DNA of 64,000 bases from Eledone cirrhosa (lineage: Eukaryota). The DNA lies in the NCBI GenBank assembly GCA_964016885.1, contig OZ024743.1, positions 273,792,001-273,856,000 of the forward strand. Reading direction: 5' to 3'. The notes beneath the pieces were generated by a model that saw only the letters and a list, made by a program, of their open reading frames with translations, was not told where the DNA came from and did not search any database. A program made the translations under genes and the position numbers. Of the stretch, positions 42,755 to 55,302 are shown piece after piece; position 1 is the stretch's first letter, and the number at the start of each line of letters is the position of its first letter.

Positions 42755-42813
42755 CCTCCCACACTTGCGACTGCTGGACTTGAAAATATACCATGTTTCT
42801 TTAGAGATACGAC

Positions 42814-42879
<66 letters not shown>

Positions 42880-43057
42880 GTCGTATCTCTAGAGAAACAC
42901 ATATATATAAATATATATATTCATTAGTTAAGCAAGACCATAAATTTCACAAGGAAGATATTATTAAAAGATTGTCAATATATTTTAGTTTGATGTAAGG
43001 AATGCAGAGAATAATAAGAATAATATTAATAATAATAATGTCCGTTTTACTCTTGAA

Positions 43058-43122
<65 letters not shown>

Positions 43123-43125
<3 letters not shown>

Positions 43126-44424
43126 AAAAAAAGATGAAATCGAAAATGCAACTGTATCTTTTTTTATAAAAATATATATTTATTTGGTTCCTTTACCCGT
43201 TTCGCAGTTCTTCTGCTTTTCAAAAGTAGAATTGAGATGGAGCATTCGTGATTTTTCTCACATCTGGTTGGTGTTTGAATGTTACTTCTGTTTTATATGG
43301 AAAAAAGTTCCTCGAAATGGTAAGTTTTTAGAGAAGTAATTTGGTTGGTTTGTGAATAGGTATAATAAATTTCGCGCCAGATCACGTTACAAAGTTCTTA
43401 TTATATTTGCCTTTAAAAAAAAGGGGGGGGGGGCTCAGTTTGTTTTTTCATATATGAGTGACGTTTGGTTGGTTGATGCAGTCACGTGAATAAGAACAAC
43501 AGCGTTCGCGTCAGTTTGTGTTTGAATTTCTTTTTACTTAAAAAAGGTGGCTCACGAAGTCTTTTTTTTTTATAAATGTAATTTGATTGTTTATAAATGA
43601 AATTATGACTGTCACGTGAACAAGTACATTAAATTTCGCGCCCGTATTTGGCACAACATTCTGTAAAAGGTTACAAAACAAATTCCAAAATTTAATGTAC
43701 TTGTTCACTTGACAGTCATAATTTCATTTATAACCAATCAAATTACATTTCAGCACATCAGTCATACTCAGAACAACTCTCTCCATCCCTTTTTCTTGAC
43801 CATTCTCTTTGGTTTGGCACAAAATTCACTAATTGGCTGCATAAAGAAATTCCAAAATACGGGCGCGAATTTAATGTACTTGTTCACGTGACAGTCATAA
43901 TTTCATTTATAACCAATCAAATTACATTTATTTTAAAAAAGCCTTCGTGAGCCACCTTTTTTTAAGTAAAAAGAAATTCAAACACAAACTGGCGCGAAAG
44001 GTGATGTGCTCACGTAACTGCATCAACCAACCAAACTTCACTCATATATGAATAATCAACCTGAGCCACCCCCAACCCCATTAACGTCACCCAACCCCCT
44101 CAAATCCGCACTCCCCTTTTTTTTTTGAAGGCAAATATAATAGGAACTTTGTAAGGCGAACTGGCGCGAAATTTATTATACTTATTCACCAACCAACCAA
44201 ATTGCTTCTCTAAAAACCTTGCATTTCGAGCCACTTTTTTCCATATAAAACAGAAGTAACATTCAAACACTAATCAGATGTGAGAAAAACCAAAGAACCC
44301 TCCATTCCAATTCTAAAAAAAGACTCCAGTTGCATTTTCGATTTCATCTTTTATCCTTATACTTTCACTCGTGTAGAACACCTCGGTTTTTTTTTTTCAT
44401 TTTGTAAAAAAACGTCACTTTCTA

Positions 44425-44500
<76 letters not shown>

Positions 44501-44702
44501 GTGAGTGTTTTTTTACAAAATGAAAAATAACCGAGGTGTCCTACACGAGTGAAAGTATAAAGAAAAAGAGATGAAATCGAAAATGCAACTGGAGTCTTAT
44601 TTTTTTTTAAATATATATATTTATTTGGTTCCTTTACCGGTTTCGCAGTTCTTCTGCTTTTCAAAAGGTGAGTTGAGATGGAGTGTCTGTGGTTTTTCTC
44701 AT
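43123..44702. repeat. Long inverted repeat (~43123-43650 vs ~43855-44425) plus third arm 44494-44702
   Basis: Arms align by eye over ~500 bp with indels; partial extra copy at 43688-43750; (TA)n at 43063-43122 and 44425-44493. Confidence 0.85.
44631..44668 (-). ncRNA. Minimal hammerhead with U3-A8 core variant (TTGAAAA)
   Basis: Minus: CCTT-TTGAAAA-GCAG/AAGAA/CTGC-GAAA-CCGG-TA-AAGG; relatives at ~43191-43225 (-), ~51418-51455 (-) and ~28337-28372 (+). Confidence 0.72.
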
Positions 44703-44909
44703 ATATATATGAAATGCTTACTGGTCGGTGAAGTGAATAACGTGTAACCGGTAACATATTAATGGAACTTTACATCTGGTTTGGATATTTGTCTGAAGAG
44801 AACACATAGGGCAGTTATTATACTACTGCCTTACGTCTTTGAAATACATATAACAAAATAAATAGGAATGTACGAATAAAATCGTCTTACTTGTTTATTA
44901 TCATTATTA

Positions 44910-45106
44910 GGGCAGCGGATTGGTAGTATCAGTAGGGCGTCAGACACCGGTCCTTTACAGTCTGAGTTCAAATCTCGTCGAGGTTAACTTTGCCTTTCAT
45001 CCTTACGCGGTCGATAAAATAAAGTACCAGTCACACACTGGGGTCGATTTAATCGACTTTCCCCTTCCCCCAAAATTGCTGGCCTTTTGCCTATATAAGA
45101 AACAAT
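44910..45106 (+). mobile_element. tRNA-derived SINE, family 1
   Basis: Head, B-box, core and tail present. Confidence 0.85.
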
Positions 45107-45109
45107 TAT

Positions 45110-45174
<65 letters not shown>

Positions 45175-45368
45175 GTAAATGAGTATATTATGTATATGAA
45201 AACGAGGCAAGTCTTTTTTATTGACAATAATAGTAATGTTTGAGATAATGATAATACATCGTGTTAGTGATGATACTAACATGGCGAGGAATTTAATAAT
45301 CGAGATGATGACAGTGCTAACGATGATAGTGATGTTGATTTGTTTGTCTTTTCTTTTTCTATTTTCAG

Positions 45369-45536
45369 TATGAGCTTCTTTACATCGAAGTTCTCTATAC
45401 AATTAAACACAAGATCGGAACAACTATTGGTGGACACCTACCATACATGCAAGATCTCTACCAATATGCTCAAGATGCATTTGGTATGCCTCCCGAGGAC
45501 CATGCTAAACTACTTGCCAAAGCTACGGAAGAAAAG
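45369..45536 (+). CDS. Coding exon of a BAIAP3/UNC13D (Munc13-4) family gene, segment just before C2A (YELLYIEVLYTIKHKIG...LYQYAQDAFGMPPEDHAKLLAKATEEK)
   Basis: Acceptor TTTTCTATTTTCAG, donor AAG|GTAATT, 168 nt phase 0/0. Peptide matches the remembered family pattern LY.E.LYT...+.G......L..Y.Q..F....EEH. Which paralog is not determinable here. Confidence 0.85.
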
Positions 45537-46139
45537 GTAATTACTCAAAATGATTACATATTGTTATTCGGTATGCATTATATGGAGTATTAAATAAATA
45601 GAAAATGTAATTCTTTTTTGAACAGTCATTTTCACTGTACCCTTAATAATGGCTCACACATGTGTAGGTCTGTCAGTTTTCCTATGATATTGAAACAATC
45701 TCATAGATTGTTTCAACGAAGGGAGAACTACAGATACAGTGTTGCCTTTCTTCTGCAACACGAGTCAGTGTTTTAAATAATATATTTCTGAGCTGGGACT
45801 GATTACATACGGTGTCGTTCTAACAACTCTGCCGGTCTATTGCTCTGGATTATTACCTCATATATCGAGCACGGAATTGATATAAACTATGTTGGTATTT
45901 GAAATCAGAGTGTACAGGGCCGTGCCACATGTCGCCCAACATTTAATCTGAAGCACCAACGACATTGCCAATTTGACAATTACATCTTAAATATTGTTAA
46001 ATGTTGTCATCGTCATGGTGGTAGTTGTTATAACAGGTGAGCATAAGCCAAAACAAGTTACAGATAGATGCATTTTTGAAATATGACAAGTGCTAACGAC
46101 AGCAACAGTTGACTGATAAAATAACAAGTCAGTCAATCA

Positions 46140-46415
46140 TATTGGTGGCCTCCCCACAGCCCAGGCGGACAGAATGGAGAAGGCATTTCCTCGGAGGACT
46201 GCAAGGAAGACGCGCTGGAAAAGTCATTCCAACTCGCGAGGCTCACACCTGCTGCTGGCCAGCTCAGCGCCTATGGGAAGGTAGCCCTAGGGCCGTGGAC
46301 ACCAGACGTCTCCACTGCCTAGGGTACAACCGCCAACCTTTCGGAGAGTGACCGGTATTGGAGAGTTTGGCCTCCTCAGCAGATCCTGGGTTACTAGCAG
46401 ACTGCACCAGGTTGC
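46140..46415 (-). mobile_element. Second degenerate copy of the CRE-like 3' end
   Basis: CCCACAGCCC..GGCGG..AGAATGGAGAAGGC...GACGCGCTGGAAA...CCAACTCGCG aligns by eye to 21594-21830. Confidence 0.75.
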
Positions 46416-46419
46416 AACT

Positions 46420-46605
46420 GGGTGGATTGGCAGTATCGGTCGAGGGTCGGACGCCATGCTTTCCAGCATAGTTACGTCCCTTTGCGGTCTGAGTTCAAAT
46501 CCCGCCGAGGTTAACGTTGCCTTTCATCCTTACGGGGTCGATTAAATAAAGTACCAGTAATGTACTGGGTAATTGATGGCCTTGTGCCAAAAGTAGAAAC
46601 AATTA
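46420..46605 (+). mobile_element. tRNA-derived SINE, family 1
   Basis: Head, B-box GAGTTCAAATCCCGCC, core and tail present. Confidence 0.85.
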
Positions 46606-48981
46606 TTTACTCACCAACTCTCAATTACATCAATCTGTTTTCCATCTTTTCATATTAATCTATCTGCTTATGCCACTCATATAATTCATAACTGTTTCCA
46701 AAATATAATTCTTTTTGTAGGGTGATATCAATTCATTTTCTACATATCCTTGGAATTGTTAAGAACATGACAATAACCCTCCCATACCCACTTCATCAAA
46801 TTCCATTTTACGTAGGATGCAGATTTCTCCGAATAATATCTCGGCATCTTAGATGTGACAAATTTTCAAAGATTTTTCTGAACGAGATTTGTGTGATTTG
46901 CTACGATTAAAAGGCTTCTTAATGTATCTAGTAGATTCTAAAATATTACTGAGACTTCCAATTAGAGACTTTAGAATATTAATAATTTTCGTGCATAAAG
47001 CCATATTATAATTCGAAATATTCGACCTCGATATATGTATAACGAAGTCAAATATTTTAATAATTCCGACAAAAAGGAAGTAACTGATAAGACTCAAGAA
47101 CAGTTAGAACTCTCGATACTACAACACTAACTACATAGATTCCATCTACACCAGGATATTGAATAGTTAATAGTAGAAGATACTAAATAGTAAATTCATG
47201 TGGTCGCGTAGCAGACAATTAGCTGTACCATAATGATCACAACCATTCAGTGACAAAGGAGGCTTTGCATTGATACTAGAGCTGCTAGATATTACAAAAC
47301 TGATTGGGTCTAATAACACTTTACAGTCACTGGTAAATATACATTGTATGATATAGGCAAGGGTGCACTTGTCTGAACATGATGAGTTGGTCATGGTTGG
47401 GAAATGCATTTGATAACGTGTCCGCTCTATTAGAGCTGACATGATAGTAAACAAGTTTATATTTATGTGAAAAAGCAAAACAACCCCACAGATTAAGTTG
47501 TTGACGATTTGAATATGCTATTTGGTTTCGATTTACATTGCGGGGATATCTGCTGGGAAACACAAATCCTCACAATTCACAGCGAGCATGTCATTAGTTA
47601 TGACGATATTAAGATCTGGTAATGTCCTTTCCAAGAGAAATAAACGTGTGATTTGAAAAATTGAATAAAATAGATTTTATGATACATAATGAGAGATGCA
47701 GATGGTCATGTTAATATACTGTAAATGTTAATGCTTCACTCGAATAAATCAGGATTTCATATCATATAATCTTCATAAATATTTTTCTCTGAAAATGGCA
47801 GTTAACACTCAAATGCTCCCTTTAACCAACTGTAAATAGACCTGCGAAGTAATGTATACGCATTGGGAAGAGAAGGCTGCAACGTAATTCAGGAATGTTT
47901 TATTTTATTAGCTTTCATTACTTAAATAAATTTATTAGATAAATAACATTGTACGTAAAGATACCTCAAATATTGGTAAATGGTAGTATTGCACAGAGCA
48001 TTGGTCATTTTAACCATTTATCTCGGTACTCTTTCGTGGCATGGTGACCAGAGTATTTTCATATATATATAGATTAGATGGATACTTAGAAATTGTCTTT
48101 TGTTTCATAAAAGTTTTCTATGTTCAAATTGAGGAAGGATATTTCTTAAGCTATATTCATTCACATGATTCTTGTACGATTGAATACACTGAAGTGATTT
48201 ATATGTATATAATAGAAGCCCAATATAAATATTGAACTCGTACTGTATGTTCTGTTATATCTATCTAAACCTAGGTGAGCAGAGCTGTTTTCGACATCGC
48301 TTTACTGAACATACCAATCGCCAATTTATAAATTTGGAGTACATCGTAATTTATAACATTCTGTTGATTTCGGATCTGCTTTCTCTTGTCTACCTTTTCG
48401 TCCACTCAATGCCACTTTAATCTAAACGATTGCCCAGTCAATAAGTCAATATATTAACTGTACATATATAAAGCTAACATAAAGTTTCACGCAAGTATTG
48501 AAAAGTGCTTTACACAGGCATATGTATATCAGCACGAGTGTATGTGCATATATGTGAACATGTATATTGATAAGTATTGATATGTTGATAATATATGAGT
48601 ATGTATTAGACAATCTAAATTTGAATTTTTTTCCCAGCTATTTGTATTTCAATACCAGAGTTATCACTTCTATTCATTCATGGTTTTTCAGGTTTTTCTC
48701 GATCATTCCCACAAGGCTATTTCTTTCACTAAATCTTGTTCAGCCATTCCTATACACAATTGCCTCTGGAAAAAATACGATAGTTTGTAGTTCTGGGTGT
48801 TTTTGCTAGCTCATGAAACCATTGAAATATCATTTTTACGAAAAATGTTGAAAAAAAAAAATATGTTAATATGTGTAGGGCACCCTAATTCCTTGTTGAT
48901 ATTTTGACATTTTCATCACAGACTCAAACACACACGCGCACATACCCACACACACCAAAAGCATATATATATATATATATA

Positions 48982-49776
48982 AATGTAATCTGAGTTTTTC
49001 GAATATAAATAATAATATTAGATTCGTTTGCAATGATGCAAACACGCTCTTTTATAAGCCATGTCAATAGAATGAGCCCCTCCTTCTCGCCCTTGTGTTG
49101 GCATGTAAACAGAACTGTAGACACTATTATTTCTGGGTGGTTACCCTTCATCACTGCAGTTTACTGGCAGAGCTAGTGAAAATATATGATATTTCATAAA
49201 ATATACAGTGATTGATCGGCCTGATTTGCATATTAGCAGATTTGCATATTAGCAGACTGGCTGATCAGTCAGATATTAGCATACCCACTGATCAGCCTGA
49301 TTTGCATATCAGCAGATAGGCCAGACAGTTTCATGTATACGGGCGATTAATGGCCGGCTTTGCCATATTCAAATAACTAACAACTTGTTATCGCTCTAAA
49401 TGGCCGAATACAATGAATATAATCTGAGTTTTTCGAATATTGATGATAACATTCGATTCGTTTGCAATGATGCAAACACCCTCTTTTATAAGGCATGTCA
49501 ATACAGTGATCAATAGAATGATCAATAGAAAATAAAATATATTTTCACTAGCTCTGACAGTTAGCAGGGAAGCAGTAAATTGCATAGATGAAATTTTAGT
49601 GTCTGCATTTCTGTTTCCATGCCAACACAAGAGCAAGATTGAGGGGCTCATTCTATTTACATGTCTTCTAAAAGAGGATGTTTGCATTATTGCAAACGAT
49701 TCGAATAGTAACATTAATATTCGAAAAACTCAGATCACATTTATTGTATTCAGCCATGTAGAGCGATAACTAGTTG

Positions 49777-49820
<44 letters not shown>

Positions 49821-49832
49821 CAACTAGTTATT
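48982..49832. repeat. Three-arm direct/inverted repeat cluster
   Basis: AATCTGAGTTTTTCGAATAT...TTTGCAATGATGCAAAC at ~48987 and ~49421; reverse complement at ~49535-49780. Confidence 0.8.
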
Positions 49833-49865
49833 CTTTGCTTAAACTTTAATCTGTTATTTTAATAA

Positions 49866-49931
<66 letters not shown>

Positions 49932-49967
49932 CGAAGGAAATGTGGTAAGGAACCAGGTGGACCATAA

Positions 49968-50009
<42 letters not shown>

Positions 50010-50011
<2 letters not shown>

Positions 50012-50904
50012 CTTCATCACCTTGACCGACCAGCACGCCGTCCATTCCTCTCTGGATCGTGCTTTCATTATCCATGTAGTCCCAATCGAATTCCTAAAAT
50101 CGTAACTCCACTTTAGTGGAGGCTTTTCGAGTGGTCGATTCTGCTCCCGCGGGTACCACTCGGCAACTGCGCATTTCCACCGGTTATCGGTGAACCGGGA
50201 GACGTGTCCAGCCCATCTGAACTTGCTGCGCATATATTCCGTGATGACGTCCCTCACGCCGGACTTCTGTCTGATGACTCCCCTCCTGATGTGCTCTCTC
50301 AACGAGATTCCTAGCATTGATCTCACCATGGCTCATTGAGCCGTTACCAGCCTCTACTCTTCACTGTTCGTTGTAGCCCAAGTTTCACTGCCATATAACA
50401 TTGCAAGTAAAACAGTGCTATTGAAGATTTTGGCGCGGGTACTCTTGCCCAACCTCCCCTTGAGCACATCCCTTATGACATTGAACGCCTTCCATCCGGC
50501 CCTTACTCTCCGCGAGATTTCCCTCTCAATGTCTCGGCGTATGTTCACTTCTTGCCCTACGTATACGTATTCCTCCACCTCCTCTATTTCACCACCGCCA
50601 ACCACCATTCGACCTGTTGGTACGTTGTCGGACCGCATGAACTTCGTTTTCATGCGGTTCATCTTGAGGCCTTTTGCAGAGATTTTTATGTCGAGCTCCG
50701 TCAGCATGGTCTGAAGCTGATCCGTGGTTTCAGCGATGAGTACGATGTCATCAGCGAAACCCGTACGAGTGCCAGTCGAGAAGGGAGTGAATCAAGGAGA
50801 TATGATCTCTCCAAAACTTTTCACTGCGTGTCTCGAGCAGATCATCAGAGGTATTTACTGGCAAGGCGGTGTCAACATCAACGGCGAGATACTTGCCCAC
50901 CTCC
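50010..50904 (-). mobile_element. RTE-type LINE 3' fragment with short inverted 5' segment (50761-50904 on +), inserted in (TA)n
   Basis: Minus: FADDIVL, GLKMNRMKTK, EVEEYVYVGQ, MLYGSETW, KFRWAGHVSR. Plus: [18 protein letters not shown]...LAHL. Confidence 0.9.
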
Positions 50905-50933
50905 ATATATATATATATGTATATATATATATG

Positions 50934-51013
<80 letters not shown>

Positions 51014-51257
51014 AATATATATGTATATATATACATATACAGTATTTTCCGTTGTGCTGTAATATAAATATTACACACAGTATATATATACATATACTTA
51101 TATATATATACGTATACATATATATGTATATATATATGTATATATATATATATGTATATACTTATATATATATATGTATATATATATATATGTATATACT
51201 TATATACATATATGTATATATATATATATATATATACTTAATATATATATATATACT

Positions 51258-51311
<54 letters not shown>

Positions 51312-52918
51312 TAAAAGGAAAAGAAAATGCTGACAAATTGTTCCCAGTGAATAGTTTAATTAGGAATAAGTAAAAATTAGTAATAAGTATTGCTTAGTAT
51401 TCAGTTTTGGTTTTAAATTTTTACCGGTTTCGCATTTCTAATGCTTTTCAAAAATAATTTTGAGATAGAGCGCACGTGATGTTTGCTCTAATCTGATTAT
51501 ATATCTGTTAGAACACGAAAAGTGTGAAACAACAGAATGTTCACTTTTCGTGTTCTAACATATATGCCTAGCTTCTTTAAAAAATTTTCGGGGATAGCCG
51601 TGGTGGTGGTGATCGTATGTCATTGGCTAATTTTCAACCAATCAGAGTACCTCTCTCTATATCTCTTCCACTGTTACTTACGCCTGTTTCTCTCTATCTG
51701 TTCCGTCTCTATATATATCTCTTACTCTTTCGCTTTTCACTCCTCCCCTTCAATACCATCTCTCCCCCTCTCTATATATTTGTTACTCTATCGCTGCACG
51801 CTCCTCTCCTTCAATATATCAATTACACACGCTTTACACTCCTTTATCCCCAGCACCCCTATATATACACCCCCACCTCTCCCGCATCTATATTTTAATG
51901 TACCGTTGCACCGTGAATATATGTGTCTATATATATATACATATATATTGTATATACACATTCATGTATGTGTATACACACTCATGTATGTATATACACT
52001 GGTTTTATGTGTGTATTGTAAATTTGTACTGTTAAAACACGAAACTAACATTCGATTGACACTTTGATTACCTGTACAGGCAATAGTTATTAGAATGCTG
52101 TTGAAGTGTGTATATATTTTTGGGGGACATCCTGTATATACACACATTATATATAATACAATAAACAGATAAATACACACATATATATATGAGCTTATTT
52201 AATTATAAATATTGTGAATTTTTAACTCAGTTCAATTATATATATAAATGGCTTCTACAGGACTAGAACTGTTTCATTCGAAAGAAATCATCATAATATT
52301 GAGAGGGGGGACTAGATAAAATATTTCAAATCAAATGTGTATAAGTTATAAGTTAAAATGTATAAATAGAGACGATAGTGGAGGTATATCTGTTTAGTGG
52401 AACAGTAGACGATAGAATTAAATACAGACGATAATCTCCCTTTAATGAAACAGCAGACGATAGAATTAAGGCAATTTAAATTTTAAGCATTTGCATTTTT
52501 GCCTTTCATCGTTACGGGGTCGATAAAATAAAGTACCAGTAATACACTGTCACTAGACGACTTTCAAATTGAATTGTTGGTTCCATTTCTTTAGTATTTT
52601 CAATTGTAGTTATCTACTTAAAAAGCGTTACACGGTTAGAGACATAATTCGTAAGTTATATCTTCCCTATTAAACCATTGCATTATTTCGCCTACAATAG
52701 AACAAAAATGAAATGTTCTTTAAAGAAACAGGAATATAACTTTATAAAAAAAAAAGTTGCATCCGCTTCTTTTATCATTGATAATTTTTTCGTTTTAATA
52801 TTAATTGGTTTTTGTAGTTGTTTATATTAAAAATCTTACTGTAATATTTACTTAAACGAAGGCAAACATCTAAACTTATAGATTAATCTTGAGCGAAGGA
52901 CTAGATAAATCTCTCTCC

Positions 52919-52957
<39 letters not shown>

Positions 52958-53349
52958 AACGAAGAATGATAAAATTTCAAGCAAAGAGTTTAATTAGGTA
53001 TATTTTGTAATATTATTAACTAATTATTATAATTAACGCGCATATTTTGCTATCCTCAAACACGTTTACACATGGCATGAAATATAACTAATCCGAGATG
53101 GCTAGGTTTCATCTTCTAACTGGATATACGAAATCCATTATGCCTTGACAACAACATGAGGTAACATTATGTTATTCACAGACACACTTTGTACACTGTT
53201 CCATATCAGAATGTATTTCCTTCGTCACATTCACAAACAGTATTGAAAATATGTTCTTCGGCAAATAAAAATGTTTTGTTCATAATATTTCAACTAGCGA
53301 TTGCTCTACTCCACGCACGACCACCATAAATTAATGACCAGCTCAACAC

Positions 53350-53520
53350 AAGTATTGGTAGAGCGTCAGATACCATGCTCTGCAGTATTGTTATGGTCCT
53401 TTGCATTCTAAGTTCAAATCCTGCCGAGGTTAACTTCGACTTTCATACTTACTAATTCGATAAAATAAAGTACCAGTAATGGACTGCCGTAATGGATTTG
53501 TGCCGAAAAATAGAAACACT
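53350..53520 (+). mobile_element. tRNA-derived SINE, family 1 (diverged)
   Basis: B-box AAGTTCAAATCCTGCC, core GATAAAATAAAGTACCAG. Confidence 0.75.
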
Positions 53521-54074
53521 ATTAATGTGCAATAAGAGCAAAATATAACGACATTGCTCAATTATTTTATCTAATGTTGTAATAACACAAGGAAATGTTG
53601 TTTGTGTATTTTTTTTTATATTTGCTCATAGGCTTTTACAATTTCGCTCAGCCAACAACTATTAAAAAGTGAGTTGCTTAAGATAACAATTTAATCACAA
53701 ATTGTTGCTATCTTTTAATACACTCCAACAAGTCATCAAATTATGTACAATAAAAACAAATCTTATTAATTTGCTCAGGGAATATAAAGAAAATGTATAT
53801 ACACTGATAATTGCAATTGTATGTAAATATTTTGTTTTTGTATTGTATATTTTATGTTTTCTATTATGTATAATATATTGATTTAATATTGATTGTTTTT
53901 TGTAGTTGTTTATATTAAAAGTCTGAAAATATTTTTGTACATCTTACACTAATATTTATAAGATAATTTATAATAACAATTACATAATCTAATTACATTA
54001 CAACGATAATTTATTATTAATATATATCCTGTTTAACTAGAGTTATTACAAGCGTTGCCTTAAAAAAATATTAA

Positions 54075-55030
54075 ACTAGACATGAAAAATGCGCAAGCTC
54101 AAAAGTGCCACAGAATGTTATAATAAACCTTCAAAAGTGTGGGACTAGAGTTGTTGCTAAAAAATATTGTAATCATTATATATCGTACATTCTGTGGCAT
54201 CCTTTATAAAAATAGCTTAAACCAACGAAGCCTTTATTTTTACGCTATTTCACTTAGTTAATTCTTAGAGTGTAACATATAAAAATAAATACATCTATGT
54301 TTAATGTAATAACAGCTATAAATAATTACGTAATATTATTATCATATACTCATAGTAACAAAATAATTGTGTTGAAACTTAATATGATGCTTATATGAAC
54401 GATCAATCTATAATGATAATTTCTTAAATATACTAATAGTAAAATAATTTAGTTATCTATTGTTACATTTTCATAGAACTATAATATTAACAATCGTATT
54501 GCATTATCAAATTTTTATGACTACAAACTTTCATATTGGAATTACCTTAAGCCACTTATTATTACTTCGCTTTCGTACTTTTACAGCTGTAGATATTGCG
54601 CTGTATCTTATATCTAATATCAATATCTCGTGGTAATTTGCATGAAGTGTAAAATAGGTTTATTAATAACTTTAATATGAAATGTATTATACAGGGCTGC
54701 GGAGTCGGCCAAAAATTGACTGGCTCCAACTCAGGATCCGATACTCCATTATTTCCTAAATTTCAGCTCCGCAGCTCTGTTATTATATTAATTAATTTAT
54801 TTTATAGTTGTAAATCATATTTTTATATGTTACACTCTAAGAATTAACTAAGTGAAATAGCGTAAAAATAAAGGCTTCGTTGGTTTAAGCTATTTTTATA
54901 AAGGATGCCACAGAATGTACGATATATAATGATTACAATATTTTTTAGCAACAACTCTAGTCCCACACTTTTGAAGGTTTATTATAACATTCTGGGGCAC
55001 TTTTGAGCTTGCGCATTTTTCATGTCTAGT
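54075..55030. repeat. Near-perfect ~213-bp inverted repeat with ~530-bp AT-rich spacer (MITE/foldback-like)
   Basis: 54075-54287 vs 54818-55030; only one mismatch noticed by eye; both ends ACTAG/CTAGT. Confidence 0.85.
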
Positions 55031-55263
55031 ATATATATGTGTGTGTGTGTGTATACATATATGTATATATATATGTATATATACATAAATGTAACTATGT
55101 ATGTATACGTACATACATATATGTATACAGACGTACAGTAGTATCTATATATACACAAACATGCACACATATATATATATGCACGTATCGGTTTACCGAT
55201 CATTTATTATACAAGCTTATTAGCTATCGTCAGCATCGTATACCTCCTGGCAAGAAGGCATAC

Positions 55264-55302
55264 GATGCTGACGATAGCTAATAAGCTTGAAACTAGTACA
55301 TC
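55264..55302 (+). ncRNA. Minimal type I hammerhead ribozyme
   Basis: GATG-CTGACGA-T-AGC/TAATAA/GCT-T-GAAA-CTAG-TA-CATC; palindromic ACTAGT, GUA triplet. Confidence 0.82.

Noticed and set aside
47100-48430. Unique-looking sequence with short ORFs, including a possible minus-strand terminal exon near 48330-48423
   Set aside because: No recognisable domain and no supporting partner exons.
51505-51562. Small hairpin TGTTAGAACACGAAAAGTG / CACTTTTCGTGTTCTAACA resembling a terminator or pre-miRNA
   Set aside because: Sits at the truncation edge of an HHR-family repeat and is best explained as another tiny fold-back junction.
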